Assembly (NCBI RefSeq): GCF_009914755.1
Contig: NC_060947.1
Length of the DNA: 64,000 bases
DNA from: the human T2T-CHM13v2.0 reference genome, Homo sapiens
Strand: one strand, 5' to 3'
The position numbers and the translations under genes were made by a program. A model generated the notes under the pieces. It saw nothing but the letters and a program-made list of their open reading frames with translations. It searched no databases and was not told where the DNA came from. Positions 16,976 through 29,069 of this stretch are shown here, one piece after another (within the stretch, counting starts at the first letter, position 1; every line of letters starts with the position of its first letter).

Positions 16976-18019
16976 AATAGCACATACCAAAAGAGAGGTA
17001 GACAAAACAATACCTCCAGCATGAAAACAGAATCTACTGTTGGCCAGGACAGTTAGGTAAGGGTTCCTAGAAAAAAAAAATTGAAGTAAATATCTTGGTG
17101 TGAAGAAATGTGAGAGGTAAATTCCAGACAGAAGAGAAATAAGCAGATAGAAGAGTAACAAATACCTGTTAAATCCTGCCTTTTTCAGTAGAACAGCCTA
17201 TGACCTAATATTTCATCTATCTGAAACATAATAAAAGTTTCAACATTTATTGCACTCTCATTTAACAGTTAAAATATTGTATCTAAATTCAAAAGGCTAT
17301 GTCAAGTTTTAACTATACTATTTTGTATAATTCTCAAGAGCAAGTTCTTCTCCTATTTAAAGTATGAGGTACTACAAAATACCATTAGGAAACATTGTAC
17401 AAAAATGAAAACTGGAATCCATACAGAAATGCGCTAAATTTAAGACACACTAAATAACATAAAGGTGCATGCCTGACATTTCACATATATAGGTGATGGT
17501 GCCATTCCAATGTTTATTGAATTTTGTACATTCAATGATTGATAGTTTGTACTTAATTATAAATTTGGCTTTTGAAATGGTTTTATGGCATATCATTTGA
17601 TAAGCTAGACTCAATAAGCAATTGATGATTCATTTTTATTACTTTGGCCATTTACTATTGAAAATTAGTAATCTTGCCATGCAAACTAAATTGCAAAAAT
17701 TACTATTGCTAGGATAACAAATATAATAGTCAAATCATATTGCTTGGAGCTTTGTAAAACACACAGGTATCAAAATTAAAACAGAATTTGCCAGGAAAAT
17801 GATCTAATATTATTACTCCTTATATCAGTGTATAGAAACCAATTTTATGGTTGCATACTGCATAAAGGTAAAGTGTTTATTATACCAGAAAATGTATATG
17901 TGTTAAACCAGTAATTAACTGAATTGGTAGGGAAAAATTATGAAGTGTACATAACAAGTGTCTATTTCTCTCTCTCATACAAACACACATCCACGCACAA
18001 ACACACAAGCGGTTGATTC

Positions 18020-18200
18020 TAGAGTCAAGCCACTAAACTTATCTTACCTTCAGTTTCTTTATTAATAAAATGATGATTAAACACAAGGAAACACACACAC
18101 ACACAAAGTTCTGTTTTTCTTATCTTACAGAATGTTTGTTTAGAGAAAATGAGATAATTTGTGTAAAAATGCTTTATAAACTCTAACTCATGGTTATAGC
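18020..18200 (+). mobile_element. MIR fragment with (CA)n
   Basis: ccttcagtttcttt..taaaatg..tatcttacaga..aaatgagataat..gtaaaaatgcttt. Confidence 0.6.
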
Positions 18201-19279
18201 TAATAATGAGACATGAAGAAGACACCATTAAAGAACTCCATTAAAAACTCAACAATGTTGATGTATTTCTACCCTGAATATTTCGCTGGACAAGTAAACA
18301 ACTGACAAATCCAACAGAGTCACATCTTCCATCAAATATTTTTATCCTTGAATGTCAATTGAAATTCCAATTGATAGAAACAACTCTTAGTAAGAAGTTG
18401 AAAAAAAAAGTCAATAGCCATAGCCAATGGTCATAGGCATAACCCAGATAAAACTGGGCATTCTCATTCTCAATTTAAAGCATGTTTCAGTTTGGAGACA
18501 CATGGAAATAAAACTTCAATTGGCCTCTAAAAATGCATTCAGAACAATGTACATCTTTTTCGATGGAATCTTGAAGATACAAAGAAGAAAAATAGCCTAA
18601 TCACATAGCCAAACTCTCTAAAACTTTTTCCTCATCACTTTGTTCTAAATCCATACCTAACTATGGCTACTTTGATCTCTTTCTCTTCTCCCACAACTCT
18701 CTTGTCTAGTTGCTTTCATGAGATTATTCCTCCTTTGGTGATTCTCACTTCATCATTTTACTTTCTGGATATTTTATTTTTCTTCACCAGTTTCTCTATG
18801 TATACATTATTTTGAATATTTTAATCCCTGTTCCTTAGATTTTTCAATTTTATGTCTCAAAAAATTATGCTACTCAGCAAAACAACAAGAAATTCAGAAG
18901 CAGAAAGGTTCCTCCTTCCTAAAAATTGGGTAAGCATTGGAAAATAATTTTACAGGAATATGTATATTTCTTTCTGAAGCAAACGGACTTCTTGGGGAGG
19001 TATTTATCTTTGTCAACCTGAACTTTTAAAAATCCATTTGATGAGATATAGCAGTCAGGAAAACAAACCCTTGAAGTTGTAGATCGGAAAGTTTATACCT
19101 TAAAAGACATACACTTTCCTCTACCCACGCACTCATAGAAGGAAATGCCTGTTTTTTGTAGAGCTTAAATTTTCCCATTACAAAAAAAGTTAACAAGACT
19201 GTAAATGTATCTATATACGTAGAAGATGATGATGTCTCAAGAAAATTGAAATAAATATAGTATAAAAACATTATAACTA

Positions 19280-19861
19280 CAAATTTTGGGGCTAGTTCTG
19301 AAACAAGTAATGAAAACCAGATTAGAAATTAAGTAAAACATTTGGAAATATATATATATGTATATATAAATCTATCTATAAATTGAATATATCATATTCA
19401 ATATAAGATAACATATATGATATATATCATTAGACATATCATATATCATATGATACATGATACAATATATCATAAAGGTGACATTTCAAATCACAGAGAG
19501 ATAAATGAATTAGATGACCTTGGGACAAGTTTGAAATAAAATATGAATAGACTCCTATTTTTTCCATATACAAATAAATGTATTCTAGAGACATATTAAG
19601 CATAAATATTAAATTATTGAAAGAATATGTCAGGAAATTTACATAAATAAAGTTTGAATGGAAGACACTTAAACAAAAAATGGAAGGTTTCAGAACATAA
19701 CTACAAAAGCAAATCAATATTATTAAAGATTTCATAAACAACATTCAATGTAAGTTCTTAATGAGTAAAAAAGTGCTACAAAGTTAGTAAAGATTAATTC
19801 ACCCCAATATAAAAAGAGCTCTCAGAGTTCAACAAGAATACAATACAAACGACAAAGAAAA
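19280..19861 (+). mobile_element. Ancient L1ME-type ORF2 fragment, probably collinear with pieces at ~21610-21830 and ~30200-30650
   Basis: Degenerate L1 ORF2 3' motifs that resume after the nested insertions. Confidence 0.5.
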
Positions 19862-20243
19862 TGTAATGGATGCACTAATTTTCTTCCATTCACCCTTCTA
19901 GATCTACTCCCTGCCCTTCTCTTTACAGTTCTGTCTTTAAAGAGGTTGGCTCATATGGATTTCATCAATCAGCTCCATTGTCCCTAGCTTCTGATGATAT
20001 TTGGAAAACTGTAGCAGATGAGGGTAAGAAGAGAATGAAGAAGGGTAGTTTTCACTCCAGTTGTCTTCCTACAGTATTACTATGGGTTGGCTGTCTCTCT
20101 GTACCAAAGAACACAGCTCCAGTCAGGCAACTCTCCTTATCAGCTAGGCCACTTCTTGCCTTTTCACGTCTAGTGGTGTTAAAGATCTCCCCATTGTTAT
20201 TGTCCTTGGAGTACTGTATTATCCATCATTGGTTTCCTTAAAC

Positions 20244-21483
20244 CAGTGGTCCCTGAAATGTGACAACTTAGGATCCTATCACCCTTTCGTTGGCTACATT
20301 GTTGTAGTCTCACCAATGAACCACACTAGAGTAGTCTCTCATTGTCTGAGATAGATAGTACCAGGAGTTCTTTGTCTCGCATCCAAGAGAATTGAGGAGT
20401 GCAGACAAGGGTGAGGTTGGATCAAAAGTTTAATAACTGAAAGAAGAAAGCTCTCTGCAGTGGAGAGGGTGGCCCAAATGTGTTGCCCACTATGAGGCTG
20501 GGGTCCAAGGTTTTTATGGACTGGAAAGGGAAAAGAATGTGCTTATTCTGTGGGCTGTCTTGGAGATAGATAGTGTGATTCAGCTTGGTTGGAGATTTTG
20601 GTCTAGGACCAATCAGGAGCTGAAGTTGGAACTCAGCCATGGACCTTCGCCCAGGACCAATCAATCAAGAGCTGAAGTAATGACTCATAGAGGCCAGGCT
20701 CACAGTCCAAAAAAAGAAGGAAAGTGTCCACCAGAACCCACTGGAGCCCACCATGTTCATGCCCACAAAAGGAGAAGAAACTTTTTCTTGGGAGCCCACT
20801 GATTATACAAAGGACAAAAGCATTTCTATGTTGGGTCTTTTCCCTTATCTGAGTGAGCCAGAGGTTTGTGCAAGTTTTTATTTCAGTGGGTTGTAGGTTC
20901 TCTTATCTGTGCAGCCATAGGCATGTCTCCAGGCACAACCCTGTGTGTTAGGTCCCTTGTCAGTACCCACAGCTTGATTTTTTTCCCCCAGGCTGCTTTT
21001 TATGTTATGTAGGAATAAGGAGCTGATCCCTGAGTCGGGGGCTCTCTGGAAACCTTTCCCTTGCTGTCTACCTAAGGCGAGCTAGCTAACTTCTCAATAG
21101 GAAATCAAAGTTACATTCAAGATGATGTTAAGATTATGTTAAAGTGTTATTTACTCTTTCCACAACAGATTAAATATACAAGTAAATATAGAGCTATATT
21201 ATATTAAGCCAGACATTAAAGAAATTTGCAAAAGTGTAAAAGAATGCAACTGTTCCCACTAATTTTATTTTAGAAAAAAAGAGTTATTTGTCATAAATTA
21301 TGCTTTTATGTTAGCATATAATGGGTTTATTCATGTTTTAGATAAAATATATATTAAAATACTCAGTGTTATCTAATATGTTAAATACTGATAGATAATC
21401 CACATAACTAAAAGTTCATTGAGGCCCTTAAAATATTTTAAGAGTATAAAGATTTCTGGAGTCCAAATGTTTTATAGTCATTG
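20244..21483. mobile_element. hAT-Charlie DNA transposon fossil (Charlie1-like), split by an ERV1 LTR
   Basis: cagtgg... / ...cattg termini. 8-bp TSD ccttaaac (20236-20243) / cctaaaac (21484-21491). Charlie1-like attaagccagacattaaagaaatttgcaaaa. Confidence 0.75.
20295..21096 (-). mobile_element. ERV1-class solo LTR (subfamily unresolved; left edge approximate)
   Basis: Minus-strand start tgagaagttagctagctcgccttaggtagacagcaaggg. Repeated ccaatc boxes. GC-richer than the flanks. Confidence 0.75.
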
Positions 21484-24400
21484 CCTAAAACAATGCACTT
21501 GCCTTTATAAAATGCCACTTTTATTTAACTCTTTTAAATTTGCCACATATGTGGCATATAGATACAGGTATGTCATATGTTTCTGGCCATGACCCTGAGT
21601 GATACACTGGAAATTTACAGAAGAGATATAAATTGCTAATAAACCTCACTAATAAAGAAAAAATTAATAAAATGAGATGGTTTTTCACCTGACAAAGTTT
21701 TTTGAAAGTTTTAGAACACCCAATTTGTATGAAAGTATAATAAATAAAATGTATTCATCATTTTGTGATTGTAAATTGGTTAAAAAAATGAAGGGTAATC
21801 TTTTAGCAACTCTTAAATGTGAAAATATAGAGAGACTTCAAGATGGCTGACTAGAAGCGCCTTGTACTCCCCACCTCCACAAAGAAAACCAAAATAATGA
21901 GTAGATAATTATACTTTGAGTAGATCACTTAAGAGAGAACACTGGAATTCAACAAAGAAGTGGCTGCAAATGCCTAAAGCAAAGAAGGAGAGAGATTCAA
22001 GGCAGTCTGCTCAGCTAGGATTGAGTGGGATCCTGGAGAGGTTCCCCCAGTGTAAGTAAGAGACACCCAGTGCTCTATATTTTCACTGCAGACTTCTGTA
22101 ATCCTAGCATGGGAGTCCCTTAACCCTTAAAGGCGCTGAGACTAACATAGAGAGCTTCATGGAGACCTTGAGAAAGCATTGGTCCAGAGAGGAAGCTCAT
22201 GCTGGTTCCCACACAACCTCTGCATCCCAAACAGTGACTGCGTGATGCTATATTGAGAGCTCAGCCCTCACCAGGCTGCATCTTTCCTGAGGGCTCAACA
22301 GTACCTGCATCTCCACATCCTTGGGGCCACAGTGACATCCCTCAAGTGTAGACATTGCTGAAGCTGGATGCTGCTGCCAGGGCTGAAACATCAGTCATTA
22401 GCAACAACCACACTGCCCGAGCAGCAGTTACCATGTACTTTCAAGAACCCTGAGGACAAACTCCCTTGCCTGCAGCATCATCAATGCAGCCTGTTACTGC
22501 CAGAACCAGAGTGTGAGCAAGGCACCTACTCCCCAGACACCTGCTTAAAGTTACTGCAAATAAAAGCAACCCCACCATCCTCAATAGCAGGGCTGCAGTA
22601 CAGCCACTGCTGCCCACATCTGAGCATTTGACCCAAGGCCTGGGGATCACCCTGCCTCTGCCTACCACAGCTAGAACCTGCAAACACCACTAGGGGTCCT
22701 GTTGACTAGCCATTCCCCCCCAACTTCATTGTCCCAATGCACAAGCAAATTTTCCAGAAGTCCTGAGTACCAACCAGCCAAATCTACCATTAGCACATGA
22801 GTACTCCTCCTAAGGACCTGTAATCAGGCCTGCCCTCTTGTCACTAACTCGACAGCTGACTCCTATCCACATAAGCCACCTGCAGGCCTGGGGACTGGGA
22901 CACCCACCCAGTCTGTCTCAGACACTGCCAACAGCAGTACAGAACACATGGAAGCCATCCATTATTGCTACTGCCATCATTTACAACATGCCTGCTTCCC
23001 AGGGGCCCAATAATCTACCTACCCACACAGTTTACTGCTGCCAATAATGAGATACAAACAAGTGGATTGGAAACCCAATAATTGGCCAAACTGGACTCAC
23101 TAACATAAATGCAGTTACTGGCTGTCCTGGGGCCCAAGGACAAGCCCATGTGGCATCTTTTTTCCTGGCAAAACCTCAGCATAGCCACCAATAACAATTG
23201 CATCCAAGCTACTAAAGAAATCATAGACACCTCTGATGCTATTACAGTAAAAAAAAAAAAAATACAGAAACTACGCTACTGCATGCGCCCAGAATAAAAG
23301 GATACACTAACCAACAAAATACATGCATCTTCAGGAAAATATCCTGTCCTACGGAAGCAAATTCAAGAAACTGGTATATCAGATATGTTATATCAGATAC
23401 GCAGATATCAATGTAAGGACACAAGAATTCTGAAAAAGCAAAGAAAAATGATACCTCCAAAGAAACGTAATAATTCTCTAGCAACAGATTCCAATAAAAA
23501 CATTATAAAATCTTAGAAAAATAATTTAAAATAATGATATTAGAGAAAGTATGTGAGATGCAAGAGAGTGCAGAACAAAAAGAAAAAAATTAGAGAAATA
23601 ATTTAGAACATGAATGAGAAATTTACCAAAGAGATAAATATTACAAATAAAGCACAAGCAGAAATTCTGGAATAAAAGAATTTATTAAGTAAAATATAAA
23701 ATACATGCAAAGTCTTCAAGAGTAGACAAGAACAAGCATAATAAATAATTCCAGAACATGACTATAGGTGTTTTGGAATCCAGTAAGACAAAAATAAACA
23801 AAAATGAATAAAAAAGAATTAACGAAGTCTTCATAACATATGGGACACCATTAAGTGACAAAATATTCAAATTTTGGTTGCCCAGGAGATCAGGAGAAAA
23901 CAGAAAGGCTAGTAAATGTATTTCACAAAATAATAGCTGAAAACTTCTGAAGTCTAGCAAGCGATTTAGATATCCAGATACAGAAAGTTCAGAGAACCAC
24001 AAATAGACACAATTCAAGAATGTCTTTCCAATAGCACATTGGAGTCAAACTGCCACAAGTTGGAAACAGAGAACTGTAGAAACATCAAAAGAAAAGTAAC
24101 TAATCAATTAGAAGAAAGTCCCCATCAGACTAACAGCAGCTTTCTCCACAGAAACATTACAGGCAAAGAGAGAATGAATGATATATTCAAAGTGCTAGAA
24201 GAAAAAAAAAAAAAAAACTGCCGGAAAAATATACTATCACAGTAATGTTTTCCTTTATACGTGAAGGAGAAATGAAGTCTTTCCAGATAAGACAAAGCTT
24301 AGGGAATTCACCACCACTAGACAGACTCTAGAAATAATGTATAAGAGACTCTTACACTGGAAGTGAAAGGACAGTATCATCATTAAAAACACAAGAAAGT

Positions 24401-25634
24401 ATGAAGCCCACCAGTAGAGCAAACACACAAATAAGAAAGAGAAATGACTCAAATTTTACCACTACAGAAAACCACCAAACAACAATGTCAAGCAAAAGAG
24501 AGACTGGAACAAAGGATAGAACAAAGGATACACAAAATGACCAGAAATCGGTTAATAAAATAAGTTCTCTTATTACTAATAAAATTTGGATGTAAATGGA
24601 TGAAACATTCCACTTCAAAATATAGACTGGCTGAATGAATGATACAAATGGCCCAAATATATATTTCCTACAAGAAACTGATCTCACCTATAAAGACACA
24701 TCTAGACTAAAAGTAAACAATGGAAAAAGATATTCCATGCAAATGTAAACCAAAAGTGAATAGAGTAGCTATACTTATTGCAGGTAAAACAGACTTTAAT
24801 TAAAAGCCATTAAAAGAGATAAACAAGGTTCCTACATAATAATAAGACAAATCAGCAAGAGAATATAAAAAATTTAAGCATATATGCACCCAACACCGGA
24901 GCAATAGATATACAAAATATACAAAACAAATATCATTAGATCTAAAGGGAGAGATAAACTCTAATAAAATAATAGTTTAGTTTGAGAATTCAACACCCCA
25001 CTTCCAGCATTAGTCCCATCATCTAGACTAATAATTATAAAAGAAACTTTGGATTTAAGCTGCACATTAGACCAAATGGACCTTAAGAGACATTCACAGA
25101 ACACTTCATCTAACAACTACAAAATACAATGTTTTTATAGACACATGGAATATTCTCCATGATATACCACCTGTTAGGACACAAAACAAAACTCAGCAAA
25201 TTTTTAAATATTTAAATCATATCATGTATCTTCTCAGACAATAACAGAATAAATCTAGAAGTCAAAAACAGAAACCTGGGAAATACTACAAATACATGAA
25301 AATTAAACAACATGTTCCTGAATGGCCACCAGGTAAACAAAGAAATTAAGGAGAAAATCAATAAATGTCTTGAAACAAATGAAAATGAAAACCCAATATA
25401 CCAAAACCTATGAGATACAGCAAAAGCAGTGATAAGAGAAAAGCTTATAGGAAAAAATGACTAAACCAGAAAAGTAGAGATTCCAAATAATTTAATGATG
25501 CACCTCAAGGATCTAGAAAAGAAAGAAGTAAAGAAACACAAAATTAATCAAAGGAAAGAAATAATGTAAATCAAAACAGAAATAGATAAAATAGAGACTA
25601 AAATACCAATATGAAAATTCAACAAAATGGAAAG

Positions 25635-27079
25635 GTTTTTTAAAATTTCAACTGCTATTTTACATAAAGAGAGTACATATACAGGCTCATTACATGGGTA
25701 TACGGCAGGATGCTGAGGTTTGGGATTAGGATCCCATTATCCAGATAGTGAGTATAGTACCAAATAGGTAGTTTTTTTCTTACCTCTTACCCCTCTCCCT
25801 CCCTACTCCATCTAGTACTCCACGTTGTCTATTGTTCCCATGTTTATGTCCATATGTGCTCAATGTTTAGTTCCCACTTACAAGTGAGAACATGCAGTAT
25901 TTGGTTTTCTGTTCCTGCATTAATTTGCTTAGGATAATGGCCTCCAGTTGTATCTATGTTGCTTTATGAGACATAATTTTATTTATTTTTATATCTCTGT
26001 AGTATTCCATGGTGTATATGGAGCATATTTTCTTCATCCAATCCACCACTGATAGACACCTAGGTTGATTCCATGTCTTTGCTATTGTGAATAGCCCAGT
26101 GATGAACATACAAGTGTGTGTGTGAGTGTGGTAGAATGATTTATTTTCCTTCAGATATATACCCAGTAAAGGGATTGCTGGGTTGAATGGTAGTTCTCCC
26201 TTAAGTTCTTTGAGAAATCTCCAAATGGCTTTCGACAGTGGCTCAACTAATTTGCATTCCTGCCAAAAGTTTATGTGTTCCCTTTCCTCTGCAGCCTGGC
26301 CAGCATCTGTTATTTTTGACTTTTTAATAATAGCTCTTCTGCCTGGTGTGAGATGGTATCTCATTGTGGTTTTGATTTGCATTTCTCTGAGGATTAGTGA
26401 TGATGGGCACGTTTTTCACCTGTTTGTTGGCTGTGTGTATGTCTTCTTTTGATAAATTTCCATTCATGTCTGTTGCCCATTTTAAATGGGGTTCTTTGTT
26501 TTTCTTTCTGATTAGTCTAAATTCTTCGTAGATTCTGGATATTAGAAGTTGGTCAGATGAATAGTTTGTGAATATGTTCTCTCTTTCTGTAAGTTGTCTG
26601 TTTACTCTGTTCATAATTTATTTTGCTGTGTGGGCGCTCTTTAGTTGAATTACATCCCATATTTCAACTTTTGTTTTTCTTGCAACTGATTTGGGGGACT
26701 TAGCCAAAATTATTATTCTCTGAGAAGGGCATTTCCTAGGTTTTCTTATAAGATTTTTTAGTTTGAGGTCCTACATTTATGTCTTTAATTCATCTCGAGT
26801 GAATTTTTCTGTTGGGTGAAAGGTAGGGGTCCAGTTTTTTTCTCTGGCTAGCCAATTATCCAAGCACAATTTATTGAAAATGAAGTACTCTTCCCATTGC
26901 TTATTATTGTTGACTTTGTCAAAGATCAGATGATTGTAAGTGTGTGGCTTTATTTCTGTGTTCTCTATTTTGTTCCATTGGTCTGTGTGTCTGTTTTTGT
27001 ACCCAGTTTCATGTTGTTTTAGTTACTGTAGCCTTATAGTATAGTTTGAGGTTGGGTAGTGTGATGCCTCTGGCTTTGA
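25635..27079 (-). mobile_element. 5'-truncated L1 (L1PA15/16 or L1PB-like), antisense inside the host L1MA
   Basis: ORF 25954-26382 (-) MQIKTTMRYHLTP..CMFITGLFTIAKTWNQPRC is the ORF2p C-terminus. 3'UTR with gatgctgaggtttggg. Confidence 0.9.
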
Positions 27080-28044
27080 GCTGAGAAAGAAATCAAGGAG
27101 GAAATCTGATTTACAATAGCTACAAATAAAAACAAACAGTAGGAATAATCTTACTAAGAAGGTGAAATACATCTACAAAGAAAACTACACACACTGATGA
27201 AAGAAATGGAAGAGGACACAAAGAAATGAAAACAATATCACATGTACATGGGTTGGAAGATTTAATATTGTTGAAAAAAATTATACTGCCCAAAGTACTC
27301 TACAGATTAACTGTGATCCTTATCAAAACACCAATACCATTTTTCACATTAATAGGAAAAAAATGCTACAATTTGTATGGTACCAAAAAAATGCCCTAAT
27401 AGCCATAGCAATCTTGAACAAAAAGTACAAAGCTAGGGGCATAACACAATCTGACTTCAAAATATCACACAAGGCTATTGCAACCAAAACACCATTGTGC
27501 AGGTATAAAAAAATACACGTAGCCAAAGAGAATAGAACAGAAAATCCAGAAATAAATCCACGTGTTTACAGCCAACTGATTTTTGACAAAGGCACCAGGA
27601 ATGGACACTGTGGAAAGGATACACTCTTTAGTGAATGATGCTGGGGTAATTTGATATTGACATGGAGAGAGGAATGAAACTGGGTCCCTGTTTCTCACCA
27701 TATAAAATAATCAACTCTAGATGGACTAAAGACTTAAACATACCTGAAACTCTAAAACTACTAGAAGTAAACACAGCAGAAATACTTCAGGACATTCATA
27801 TAGATGACGATTTTATGGCTAAAACTTCAAAACAACTGGCAACAGAAGCAAAAATAGTCAAATGGGACTATATTAAACTAAGAAGCTACACAGCAAAAGA
27901 AAAAAATCAGAGTTAAGAAACAAGATGTTAAATAAAATAAAATGTTAGCAAACTATTCATCAGACAAGGCACAAGTACCTAGAATATATAAGGAACTCAA
28001 ACATCTCAACAGTAAACCAACCAACCACACACACAAAATAGTCT

Positions 28045-28197
28045 TCCATATTGATCTCGAGTTGGAAGAGGCAAGTCCGGTCTCAAAATGGAGGTAAAAC
28101 CGCAGCCCGGTCGCCCCCAGCCCAAGTCTGGCCGCCGCCGTCGCCGTCGCCGCCGGCAGGAGGAGGGCCATGATCCAAGGGAACCAAAGCAGTTGAG
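28045..28197 (+). pseudogene. HNRNPA3: HNRNPA3 processed-pseudogene fragment (5'UTR plus the first ~37 codons), tailless
   Basis: ATG at 28088 translates MEVKPQPGRPQPKSGRRRRRRRRQEEGHDPREPKQLR, versus the recalled hnRNP A3 N-terminus MEVKPPPGRPQPDSGRRRRRRGEEGHDPKEPEQLRK. TSD aaatagtct (28036-28044) / aaataatct (28198-28206). No poly(A). Confidence 0.93.
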
Positions 28198-28225
28198 AAA
28201 TAATCTCACTAAAAAAGCGGGCATA

Positions 28226-28353
28226 GGCCAGGCACGGTGGCTCACTTCTGTAATCCCAGCACATTAGGAGGCAGAGACGGGCAGAATCTTGAGGCCAGGA
28301 GTTTGAAACCAGCCTGGCCAACATGTCGAAACCCTGTCATGAATAATAATAAC

Positions 28354-28396
<43 letters not shown>

Positions 28397-28556
28397 GCTG
28401 GGTGTGGTGAAACTTGCTTGTAATCCCAGCTACTCGGGGGTCTGAGGCATGAGAATCACTTAAGCCCAGGAACCGAGGTTGCAGTGAGCTGAGATTGTGC
28501 CACAGCACTCCAGCCTGGGCAGCAGAGCGAGACTCTGTCTCAAAAAAAAAAAAAAA
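28226..28556 (+). mobile_element. Alu (AluJ-like) with an (AAT)n expansion in the middle linker
   Basis: Diverged dimeric Alu with an A tail. TSD aaaagcgggca / aaaagtgggca. Confidence 0.93.
28342..28394 (+). repeat. (AAT)n microsatellite, about 17 units with one AAC interruption
   Basis: Seen directly. Confidence 0.95.
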
Positions 28557-29069
28557 GGAAAAAGTGGGCAAAATGAATGAATGGGCATTTCTCAGAAGAA
28601 GATATAAAAATAGTCAAAAAGCATTTAACAAAATACTCAACACCACTAATCATGGGGACAATGCATATCAAGACTGCAGTGAGACATTATTTTACACCAA
28701 TTAGAACAGCTATTATTAAATGGACAAAACATTAACAGATTCTGGTGAGGATGGGAAGAAAAGGGAGCTTTTATACACTGTTGGTGGGAACGTAAATTAG
28801 CATAGACACTATGGAAGGCAGCCTGGAGATTTCTCAAAAAAAGTTTAAAAGTAGAATTACCATATGGTCTAACAATCCCACTACTGGGTATTTATTCAAA
28901 GGAAAATAAATCAGTATATCAAAGTGGTATCTCCACTACCATATTTATCGCAGCACTATTCAAAATCACAAAGATATGAAATCAATTTAAGTGTCCATCA
29001 ACAGATGAATGAATACAAAAACATGGTATATATACACAATGAAATAATATTTAGCTATAGAAAAAAAAA

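Larger units (their letters stand above)
19862..21606. mobile_element. Ancient ERVL-type LTR (LTR33-like), split by a Charlie element
   Basis: tgta...gataca termini. Halves at 19862-20243 and 21484-21606. Confidence 0.55.

Noticed and set aside
18230-19270. Possible coding exons in unique sequence
   Set aside because: The frames I translated are short and resemble no protein I know. Splice signals are unconvincing.
28045-28556. HNRNPA3-Alu as a single template-switch chimera using the Alu tail
   Set aside because: Host L1 sequence lies between them and each has its own TSD, indicating independent insertions.
27953-28571. Minus-strand ORFs with poly-Ala, poly-Arg and poly-Leu runs
   Set aside because: These are antisense readings of the HNRNPA3 GCC-rich repeat and the Alu (AAT)n tract.
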